From positions 7,479 to 71,478 of the forward strand of contig CAZHZF010000008.1 of NCBI GenBank assembly GCA_964536925.1: a stretch of DNA of 64,000 nucleotides, in the 5' to 3' direction. The notes under the pieces were generated by a model that saw only the letters and a program-made list of their open reading frames with translations, was not told the DNA's origin and did no database searches. Below are positions 1-7,497 of this stretch, one piece after another. Within the stretch, counting starts at the first letter, position 1, and every line of letters starts with the position of its first letter. The stretch comes from an uncultured Dehalococcoidales bacterium. GTDB taxonomy: Bacteria > Chloroflexota > UBA6077 > FW602-bin22. Position numbers and translations under genes: made by a program.

Positions 1-860
1 ATGGCGTGGACGTGCTCGTTCTGGAACGAATGGCCCCGGGCGGGCAACTGCTCAACGTCGAATCGATCGAGGACCTCCCCGGGCACCCGCGGGGCGTCGC
101 AGGCTACGACCTCGGGCCGATCCTTCACGAGCAGGCCGAGGCCGCCGGCGCTCGATTCGCACTGGCCGAGGTCGTCGGTCTGCGGCACGGGCAGGGGGAA
201 TGGCACGTCGACGCGGGGCGCGACTCCGCCTCGGCCCGATTCATTATTGTCGCGACGGGATCGATCCCCCGCCTTGCGGAGATCGCCGGGGTCGAGTCGC
301 TGGCGGGACGTGGCGTGAGCCACTGCGCGAGCTGCGATGCGCCGCTCTACCGTGGGCGCAACGTTGCTGTCATCGGCGGTGGCGACTCGGCGTTTCAGGA
401 AGCGCTGACCCTGGCGGGCCACGCCGCCGACGTCGCCATCCTCGCGCGGACCGTGCGGGCTCAGCGCGTCTATCGCGACCGGTGCGCTGAGCACGCCCGC
501 GTCCGCGTTCTCGACGGCGCAACAGCCGTGGCGGTCCGCGGCGCCGATGCGGTCGAAGGCGTGGACGTGATCGGGGTGCCCGGAATGGAGAGCCTCGAGG
601 TCTCGGGGGTCTTCCTCTCCATCGGCTCCGATCCTGCCACAGCCTGGCTGCCGCTCGGGGTCGAGCGCGACGGGGCCGGACATATCGCGGTCGATCTCTC
701 CCTGCGATCCACTGTGCCTACGATCTATGCGATCGGCGCTGCCCGGGCGCACTTCTCTGGTCAGGCGGTGTCTGCGGCTGGCGATGGCGCGACCGCGGCG
801 ATAGCAATCGCGCGCAGGCTGCGATCGGCGGAAGGTCAGGCGAGCGCGAGAGCGAGTTGA
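1..860 (+). CDS. Thioredoxin-disulfide reductase-like flavoprotein, 5' partial (N-terminus upstream of window)
   Basis: Frame of ORF 6..860 is open to the window edge. Redox CxxC in GVSHCASCDAPLY, NAD(P)H-binding VAVIGGGDSAFQEA, C-terminal IYAIGA...GDG motif. The N-terminal FAD GxGxxG is missing, so the gene is truncated by the window. Confidence 0.8.
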   Translation, partial: GVDVLVLERMAPGGQLLNVESIEDLPGHPRGVAGYDLGPILHEQAEAAGARFALAEVVGLRHGQGEWHVDAGRDSASARFIIVATGSIPRLAEIAGVESLAGRGVSHCASCDAPLYRGRNVAVIGGGDSAFQEALTLAGHAADVAILARTVRAQRVYRDRCAEHARVRVLDGATAVAVRGADAVEGVDVIGVPGMESLEVSGVFLSIGSDPATAWLPLGVERDGAGHIAVDLSLRSTVPTIYAIGAARAHFSGQAVSAAGDGATAAIAIARRLRSAEGQASARAS

Positions 861-1729
861 CGCGCTGGAGGCCGGGTCGGTTCGGGCCGGGCCGCCGCGG
901 TGGGCACTCCGTAGCGGATGGATGCAGCCTCGATCGCGGCGCGGATTCTCTCGCGCGAGCCGCGTACGGTCGTGTCCGGGCCCAGATAGCGGCCGATGGC
1001 CCGGGCCAGGGCGGGGCGATGATCCGCCAGCCGCGTGAGAAAGTATTCCCGCACCCCGGGCGCCAGCCGGAGGGGAATCCCATTCACGAAGGCCGCGCCC
1101 GCGTCCGCCGCCGCCCGCACGACGTCGTCGATGCCGCGTGGATCGCCCGTCAGTTCCGGGATCAGCGGTGCAAGCAGCACCCCGGCGTGGATGCCCGCGT
1201 CACGCAGCTTCGCGAGCGCGCGGAGGCGCTGCGCCGGCGGTGGGGTGCCTGGCTCCGTCTGTGAGGCGATCCGTTCATTCACCGTCGGGACGGAGAGGCA
1301 GACCGTGACGCCGGCGGTCGTCTGGAGGTCGGACAGGACGTCGAGATCGCGTACGACGAGTGTCCCCTTCGTGACGATGGTGGCGGGAGTTCCATTCTCC
1401 GCGAGGGCGGTGAGGCAGCCACGCGTGAGCCGCCATCTCCCCTCGGCGGCCTGGTAGGGGTCGGTAGCCGTTCCGACCGCCACGAGTTCGCGCTTCCAGC
1501 CGCGTCGCGAGATCTCGGCGCGCAGGAGGGGAACGATCCCTTCCTTGACCAGGATGATGTTGCTGAAATCGTTGCCCGCGTCGAGCTGGAAGTACCCGTG
1601 CGTCGGTCGCGCGTAACAGTAGATACAGGCGTGCCGGCATCCGCGATAGGGATTCAGAGACCAACGAAACGCCATGCCCTTGACCGGGTTGAGTGCCGAT
1701 CGCACCCCGATGACCTCGTAGGTGGCCAT
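836..1729 (-). CDS. Radical SAM protein (SPL / Rv2578c-like family)
   Basis: 297-aa ORF with the CxxxCxxC cluster motif in YRGCRHACIYCYARP. Its 3' end overlaps the convergent trxB-like gene by 25 nt. Confidence 0.8.
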   Translation of the reverse strand: MATYEVIGVRSALNPVKGMAFRWSLNPYRGCRHACIYCYARPTHGYFQLDAGNDFSNIILVKEGIVPLLRAEISRRGWKRELVAVGTATDPYQAAEGRWRLTRGCLTALAENGTPATIVTKGTLVVRDLDVLSDLQTTAGVTVCLSVPTVNERIASQTEPGTPPPAQRLRALAKLRDAGIHAGVLLAPLIPELTGDPRGIDDVVRAAADAGAAFVNGIPLRLAPGVREYFLTRLADHRPALARAIGRYLGPDTTVRGSRERIRAAIEAASIRYGVPTAAARPEPTRPPARQLALALA

Positions 1730-1851
1730 AGGCTGGATTCTCGGGCGTGGCCCGCCGGCGCACTCGTCGCGGATGCCCGGTGACCGATGGTCGCGTCACC
1801 CGGCGTTCAGGCGTGACGGCAGTCTGCAAGCCCCGGCGCGCTTCCGTCCGT

Positions 1852-2217
1852 TCAGGGCTCGTCGACCGCGTCGATCGGCGCCCAGCCGCGGATGAGGTTC
1901 GTATCGAGCAGATACCAGCCGTTGCTCTCCGCCACCGCCTGGGCAAAGATGCCCGCGGGAACGCGGCTGAGCGGTTCGATCTTGGCCGCGTCTGCACGCG
2001 GCTCGCGCAGGAGGTCCACTTCGACACGCACGCGAACCCGATGTGGCGTGAAGGGCTCCCGCGTCGCGCTCGTCGCCCGCGGTACGAGCACCTGCGCGGA
2101 ACGCGGCGCATCGATCTCCTCCGCGGCCCGAGCCGCCTTCCACTCGAGGTACTTCTCGTTCGCAGTCAGGAGGATCGCGAGAATCGCCAGGAAGATGAGG
2201 AGGGCCCGACTGGCCAC
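1852..2217 (-). CDS. Hypothetical membrane-anchored protein with SH3b-like C-terminus
   Basis: 121-aa ORF with an N-terminal TM helix (ALLIFLAILAILLTA) and a C-terminal NGWYLLDTNLIRGWAPIDAV resembling bacterial SH3. GC3-rich codons. Confidence 0.5.
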   Translation of the reverse strand: MASRALLIFLAILAILLTANEKYLEWKAARAAEEIDAPRSAQVLVPRATSATREPFTPHRVRVRVEVDLLREPRADAAKIEPLSRVPAGIFAQAVAESNGWYLLDTNLIRGWAPIDAVDEP

Positions 2218-2241
2218 CCGCTCACTCTAGCAAGGCCCATC

Positions 2242-2270
2242 TTGACCCTCCGAAGAGCGGTCGGTATGAT
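2242..2270 (+). promoter_or_regulatory. Sigma-70-like promoter for the tatA-like/rhodanese pair
   Basis: TTGACC (2242-2247), 17-nt spacer, TATGAT (2265-2270). SD GGAGGG follows at 2281-2286. Confidence 0.5.
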
Positions 2271-2290
2271 GCCGCGGCGCGGAGGGACCT

Positions 2291-2476
2291 CTGGACGTCG
2301 GCGGCATCGACCCGATCTATCTGGTCGTAGTTCCCGCCATTATCGCGATCGTGTTCGGGCCAAGCCGGTTGCCGCGCGCGCTGGCCGAACTCAATAGAGT
2401 GCGCGCGGCGTGGCGACAGGCCGTCCGCGAGGCGGAGGGGGCGCCCGCAGATTCCCCGCTGGAGGCGCCGCGATGA
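2291..2476 (+). CDS. TatA/E-like small membrane protein (61 aa), CTG start, absent from the ORF track
   Basis: Own translation: (M)[60 protein letters not shown]. It has a TM helix, an FGPxxLP hinge and an amphipathic helix, as in TatA. In-frame stop at 2267-2269, with no ATG/GTG/TTG before the TM helix. SD GGAGGG lies 4 nt before CTG 2291. The stop overlaps the rhodanese ATG (ATGA at 2473-2476). Confidence 0.6.
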   Translation: MDVGGIDPIYLVVVPAIIAIVFGPSRLPRALAELNRVRAAWRQAVREAEGAPADSPLEAPR

Positions 2477-3306
2477 CCGCGACGGAGTATGCTCGACCTG
2501 AGATCCTCGTCGAAACGACGTGGCTCGCCGCGCACCTCGACGATCCTTTGGTGCGCGTGGTGGATGCGGACTATCCGCAGTCGTACGCCCGGGCGCACAT
2601 TCCCGGCGCGGTCGGCCACCTCGACGCAAACATCTATCTCAAGTCGGAAGATGGCGCGACTCTGATGATGGACCCCGAGCGGTTCGCGCAGACGATGGCG
2701 CGGCTGGGGATCGGGAATGACACGACTGTCGTCGTGTACGACAGCCATACGAGCCTCTATGCGGCCCGCTTCTGGTGGATGCTCAAGGTCCACGGACATC
2801 GCGATGCGCGCATTCTCAACGGCGGCTGGCACAAGTGGCTTGCCGAAGGCCGGCCGATGACGATGGCGCGTGCGGCGCCCCGTGCGGCGACGTACCAGCC
2901 CGAGTTCGTCGATTCGTTGCACACCAGTTGCGATCTGCTGCGCGAGGCGATCGGTCGATCCGATAGCGTGATCGTCGACGTACGGAACATCGCCGAGTAC
3001 ACCGGTCAGAACGATCGGGGGAACAAGCGCCGCGGGCACGTCCCCGGCGCGATCCATCTCGAGTGGCTGGACTTCATGACCCAGGACGAGACCCACGTGG
3101 TTCGCCCGGCCGCGGAACTCCGCGCGATGCTCGAGAGTCGCGGGATCACCCGGGACAAGAACGTCTACGTCTATTGACAGGGCGGCATCCGTGCGGCGCA
3201 CGGAACTTTCATTCTCACTCTGCTGGGGTACGACCGGGTGCGCAACTACGACGGGTCCATGCGCGAGTGGGCGAACCGCGAGGACACGTCGCTCGTCGTG
3301 CCGTAA
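2473..3306 (+). CDS. Two-domain rhodanese (thiosulfate/3-mercaptopyruvate sulfurtransferase type) interrupted by in-frame TGA at the catalytic Cys position (Sec candidate or pseudogene)
   Basis: [32 protein letters not shown]... The track ORF ends at TGA 3175-3177. The same frame continues [42 protein letters not shown] to TAA 3304-3306, giving the active-site loop VYVY-[TGA]-QGGIRA. Confidence 0.85.
3188..3204 (+). other. Perfect 7-bp hairpin 10 nt downstream of the in-frame TGA (candidate bacterial SECIS-like element)
   Basis: TCCGTGC-GGC-GCACGGA; all 7 pairs are Watson-Crick and the apical loop is G-rich. Confidence 0.3.
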
Positions 3307-3345
3307 TCCCCGCCCTCGATCTGGACGAACGGCGGGTGCCGTGCG

Positions 3346-4347
3346 TTACACGGCCGCGCGTGTGGGCTCCAGTTGGGCCATCTCGCTGAAGAGCGCCCGA
3401 TGCCGCTCGGTGAGGGGCGTGGGTAGGTGCACCGCGATCTCCGCGAGAAGGTCGCCCCGCTCATCAGGGCGGTTCAACCGCGGCATACCCTGACCGCGCA
3501 GCCGAAAGACGCGGCCGCTCTGCGTCTCTGGCGGGATCTTCAGCGCCAGCCTGTTGCCACGTGGCGTCGGGACCTCGATCTCGCCTCCGAGCGCCGCGAC
3601 CGTCACCGGGACCGGGACCCGAGAACGAAGATCGTCCCCTTCGCGGACGAATACGGGATGCGGGCGGATCGATATCAGGAGCATCAGATCGCCGGGCTGC
3701 GCCTTGCCCAGCCCCGGGCCACCCTGACCCGCAATGCGCACGCGTGCGCCGTCCGCAACGCCCTGGGGGATCTTGACCTCGATGCGCCGGGCGCGTTGCG
3801 AGCGCTCGTCGGTCAGCTGGACGACCCGCGTTGCGCCGGTAAACGCCTCTTCGAGAGAGATCTCCACCGGTTGCTCGACATCCATGCCGCGCTGCCCGAT
3901 CGAACTCGCACCCCCGCCACCTGGCCCACCGCTTCCCCGTCCGAAGAAGGTCTCGAAGAAGTCCGAGAAGGTTGACGATCCGCCACCGCCGGCTCGGCTC
4001 CGCCCGAGCAGGTCGCCGAGATCACCCACGGTAAAGGTGGTGCCGCCGTCTCCTCCGAACAGGTCACCCACGTCGCCTGTGCGGCCTGTGGCCGGTCCGC
4101 CAGGCCGCCGCGCGGTCTCGAAGTTCTTCCAGTTGGCGCCGAGCTGGTCGTAGCGAGCCCGCTTCTCCTTATCGGAGAGAACCTCGTACGCCTCGTTGAT
4201 CTCCTTGAATCGTCGCTCCGAGTCCTTATCGCCGGGCCGCCGATCCGGATGGAGGTCGCGCGCGAGTTTCCGGTAGGCGGAGCGGATCTCCTTCTCGGTG
4301 GCGGTGCGAGCCACGCCCAGCACCTTGTAGTAATCCTTGTACTCCAC
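3346..4347 (-). CDS. dnaJ: DnaJ-family co-chaperone, class II (J-domain and G/F region, no CxxCxGxG zinc finger; CbpA-like)
   Basis: [35 protein letters not shown] with HPD motif, a Gly/Phe-rich linker, and no cysteine repeats. Confidence 0.9.
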   Translation of the reverse strand: MEYKDYYKVLGVARTATEKEIRSAYRKLARDLHPDRRPGDKDSERRFKEINEAYEVLSDKEKRARYDQLGANWKNFETARRPGGPATGRTGDVGDLFGGDGGTTFTVGDLGDLLGRSRAGGGGSSTFSDFFETFFGRGSGGPGGGGASSIGQRGMDVEQPVEISLEEAFTGATRVVQLTDERSQRARRIEVKIPQGVADGARVRIAGQGGPGLGKAQPGDLMLLISIRPHPVFVREGDDLRSRVPVPVTVAALGGEIEVPTPRGNRLALKIPPETQSGRVFRLRGQGMPRLNRPDERGDLLAEIAVHLPTPLTERHRALFSEMAQLEPTRAAV

Positions 4348-4406
4348 CGGCGAAAGCCTCCACGCCCGGCGGGTGGGATCGCCGCGATCCCACCCGGGAC
4401 TCGATC

Positions 4407-6317
4407 TTAGACCTCGCGGAACTCACCCTCGACGGTACCGGTCTGGCCGCCGCTCGTCGCCCCCGCGGAGGAGCCGCTGGGAGTGCCCGCACCATCCTGC
4501 GGCGCTGCGCCGGACTGATACGCGGCTGTACCCACCTTCTGCAGCGTCTGGGCGAGATCGGTCTGCGCGGAGCGGATGGTGTTGACATCGCCCGACGTCA
4601 GAGCCGAGCGCGCCGCCGCCACCTTGCCCTCCACCTCACTCTTGAGGTCGGCCGCGATCTTGTCGGAGTTCTCCCGCAGCAGTTTCTCGGCCTGATAGAT
4701 GAGCGAATCCGTCCGGTTCCGCTCCTCGATCTCTTCGCGCCGTCGCGCGTCGTCCTCGCGGTGCGCCTCCGCCTCGCGCACCATCCGCTCGACCTCCTCC
4801 TTGGCGAGCCCGGACGACGCCTGGATCGTGATCTTCTGTTCCTTACCGGTGGCCTTGTCCTTCGCCGAGACGTTGAGGATTCCGTTCGCATCGATGTCGA
4901 AGGTGACCTCGACCTGGGGCACCCCCCGTGGGGCCGGCAGGAGTCCATCGAGGACGAATCGACCGATCGTCTTATTCTCGTTCGACATGGGGCGTTCGCC
5001 CTGGAGGACGTGCACCTCCACGCTCGTCTGACCGTCCGCCGCGGTCGTGAACGTCTCGGTCTTGGTTGTCGGGATCGTGGTGTTGCGTGGAATGAGGGGC
5101 GTTGCCACACCGCCGTAGGTCTCCAGACCGAGGGTCAGGGGAGTGACGTCGAGGAGCAGGACATCCTTGACCTCTCCCTTGAGCACGCCTGCCTGGATCG
5201 CCGCGCCGATTGCCACCACCTCATCGGGGTTGACGCCCTTGTGGGGTTCCTTGCCGAACAGTTGCTTCACCTTCTCGACGACCGCGGGCATCCGCGTCTG
5301 ACCGCCGACCAGCACCACCTCGTCGATCTGGCTGGCGTTGAGTCCAGCGTCCTTGAGCGCCTGATGGCACGGCACCGCGGTCCGTTCGATCAGGTCGGCC
5401 GTCAGTTGCTCCAGCTTCGCGCGCGTGAGAGTGAGGGCAAGGTGCTTCGGTCCCGACGCGTCCGCGGTGATGAAGGGGAGGTTGATCTCGGTCTGCATGA
5501 CCGAGCTCAGTTCGACCTTGGCCTTTTCACCGGCCTCCTTGAGACGCTGGAGGGCCATGCGATCCTGCTTCAGGTCGATGCCCTGCTCGCGTCGAAACTC
5601 GTCGCAGATCCAGTCGATGATCTTCTGATCGAAGTCGTCGCCGCCGAGGAAGGTGTCGCCGTTCGTCGAGATGACTTCGAAGACTCCCTCTCCGACGCGC
5701 AGGATCGAGACATCGAACGTGCCGCCCCCGAGGTCGTAGACCGCGATGGTCTCCTCGCGCCCCTTTCGATCGAGGCCATACGCGAGCGACGCGGCCGTCG
5801 GCTCGTTGATGATCCGCAGGACCTCGAGACCTGCGATGGTGCCGGCGTCCTTGGTCGCCTGACGCTGCGAGTCATTGAAGTACGCCGGCACGGTGATCAC
5901 CGCCTGGGTGACCTTCTCGCCGAGCTTTGCCTCGGCGTCGGCCCGAAGCTTGGCCAGCACCTGGGCGCTGATCTCCGGCGGCGCGTACTCCTTACCGGCC
6001 ATGAGCACCCGCACGTCGCCGTTCGACGCCGCCTTCACCTTGTAGGGCACGTGCGGCAGCGAGCGCTGGACCTCCGCGTCGGTGAACTTCCGCCCCATGA
6101 ATCGCTTGATCGAGAACAGGGTGTTCTCAGGATTCGTGATCGCTTGCCGCTTCGCGACCTGCCCGACGAGTCGCTCGTTCGTCCTCGCGTTGACCGCGAC
6201 GATCGACGGCGTCAGGCGGTTGCCCTCCGCATTCTCGATCACGGTCGGCTCGCCAGCGTCCATCACCGCGACCACCGAGTTGGTCGTCCCCAGATCGATT
6301 CCCAGAACCTTGGCCAT
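4407..6317 (-). CDS. dnaK: Molecular chaperone DnaK (Hsp70)
   Basis: [18 protein letters not shown]..., [22 protein letters not shown]; 636 aa. Confidence 0.98.
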   Translation of the reverse strand: MAKVLGIDLGTTNSVVAVMDAGEPTVIENAEGNRLTPSIVAVNARTNERLVGQVAKRQAITNPENTLFSIKRFMGRKFTDAEVQRSLPHVPYKVKAASNGDVRVLMAGKEYAPPEISAQVLAKLRADAEAKLGEKVTQAVITVPAYFNDSQRQATKDAGTIAGLEVLRIINEPTAASLAYGLDRKGREETIAVYDLGGGTFDVSILRVGEGVFEVISTNGDTFLGGDDFDQKIIDWICDEFRREQGIDLKQDRMALQRLKEAGEKAKVELSSVMQTEINLPFITADASGPKHLALTLTRAKLEQLTADLIERTAVPCHQALKDAGLNASQIDEVVLVGGQTRMPAVVEKVKQLFGKEPHKGVNPDEVVAIGAAIQAGVLKGEVKDVLLLDVTPLTLGLETYGGVATPLIPRNTTIPTTKTETFTTAADGQTSVEVHVLQGERPMSNENKTIGRFVLDGLLPAPRGVPQVEVTFDIDANGILNVSAKDKATGKEQKITIQASSGLAKEEVERMVREAEAHREDDARRREEIEERNRTDSLIYQAEKLLRENSDKIAADLKSEVEGKVAAARSALTSGDVNTIRSAQTDLAQTLQKVGTAAYQSGAAPQDGAGTPSGSSAGATSGGQTGTVEGEFREV

Positions 6318-6337
6318 CCTGTTTCCCCCTGATTCGC

Positions 6338-6700
6338 TTAGCTATCGAGTTCGAGTTCGCGGAGTGCGTCGTCCAGCCGTCGCACGATGTTCTGCTGCTG
6401 CTCGGGAACGCGACGACTCATCTCACCATCCTGCACGACATCGTCACGCAGGCGCCGCAACTCCCGAGCCACCTTCAGCGCCAGGCGTATCCCGGCGACG
6501 TTGACCCCACGCTCCTCGCTGAGGACGCGGATCTGACGGAGTCGCGCGATGTCTTCATTGGAGTAGAGCCGAAGGTTACCGGTCGTTCGCGCCGGGCTCA
6601 GGAGTTTTTCGTTCTCGTACTTCCGCAGCGTGTTGGCGTGCATCCCGACAAGACGGGCCGCGACGCTGATGACGAAGACGGCATCATTGTCACGCATCAT
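6338..6700 (-). CDS. hspR: MerR-family heat-shock repressor HspR
   Basis: MerR HTH ([46 protein letters not shown]) directly upstream of dnaK. Start chosen at ATG 6700, 5 nt after SD GGGAGG; the track ORF extends to 6724. Confidence 0.8.
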   Translation of the reverse strand: MMRDNDAVFVISVAARLVGMHANTLRKYENEKLLSPARTTGNLRLYSNEDIARLRQIRVLSEERGVNVAGIRLALKVARELRRLRDDVVQDGEMSRRVPEQQQNIVRRLDDALRELELDS

Positions 6701-6923
6701 CCCGGCCTCCCATGTGACGAGCACACTATATCACACGGTCCGTGGAGGGGGGTCCGATTCCGGGCCAGATCGATCGGCACTGCGCCCCCAGGGGGGCCGC
6801 CGCCGAGCCTGATTTTACCGGCAGTTAACTGACACTTAATGACGCCTTGATTGCGCGTTTCTAGGATGGGGGGCCGTAGAATGATGCCACGAACCGCTTG
6901 AGACAGATTTGGGGTAACGGCGC

Positions 6924-7484
6924 GTGAGTGGGGGAGTCCCGCGGCTGATCGTTCGTGGCATCGCGATGCTGCTTCTCGGCGTGGTCCGGAGCCGACGCTG
7001 GGTTCTGTTCGGGGCCGCCGGAGTGGCCGCGGCAGTCCTGGTCGTCGCCAATGCCGATCGTCTGCCCGGGATTGGTCCCGCGATCGCGGCGGGCAGGGCG
7101 GCGACGAGTGCGACCGTGAGCGGGGTGACAGTCAATCGCCCCACCGGAATGAGCGGCCAATCCGTCGTCGCAGTGGACGAATACCTGCAGGGAATGGTCG
7201 AGTTCGATGCCCGCAAGATGTGGGGCGCGATGTCGGATGAGTTGATCGAGATGACCAAGGCGCGCGGTGGAACGCTCGAGGGACTGCAGCGCGGCCTCGA
7301 CGAGGCGAAGCGGCAGGGCGGTCGCTACGAGGACATCACGATGATCGCCAACTATCCGCTCCAGGACGGGCGGAAGTTTCTCTTCTACGTGTTGTCGCGG
7401 CGCGGGTTCGGGTCTCCCCAGCTCGAGCAGGTTTTCTACGTCTTCACCGTAGGGGCGAACGGCAAGATCTCGCGGATCGATTGA
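6924..7484 (+). CDS. Hypothetical membrane-anchored protein
   Basis: 186-aa ORF with an N-terminal TM segment and a C-terminal globular part. It lies 13 nt upstream of the FtsH-like gene, on the same strand. Confidence 0.6.
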   Translation: MSGGVPRLIVRGIAMLLLGVVRSRRWVLFGAAGVAAAVLVVANADRLPGIGPAIAAGRAATSATVSGVTVNRPTGMSGQSVVAVDEYLQGMVEFDARKMWGAMSDELIEMTKARGGTLEGLQRGLDEAKRQGGRYEDITMIANYPLQDGRKFLFYVLSRRGFGSPQLEQVFYVFTVGANGKISRID

Positions 7485-7497
7485 GGAGGCCGGACCA

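Noticed and set aside
3175-3177. Considered a genome-wide UGA reassignment (UGA as a sense codon) to explain the rhodanese TGA.
   Set aside because: Many genes in the window terminate convincingly at TGA, including the coupled GTGA/ATGA/CTGA junctions. UGA is therefore a normal stop here.
4761-6332. 523-aa ORF on the plus strand covering dnaK.
   Set aside because: It is antisense to an unmistakable dnaK. Its composition is Arg/Asp/Leu/Gly-rich, typical of the mirror frame of a GC-rich gene, and it has no motifs.
6725-6923. Searched for the HspR operator (HAIR, CTTGAGT-N7-ACTCAAG) in the hspR upstream region.
   Set aside because: I found only a single half-site-like CTTGAGA (6897-6903) and an unrelated palindrome CAGTTAACTG. 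No complete inverted repeat is present, so no operator is called.
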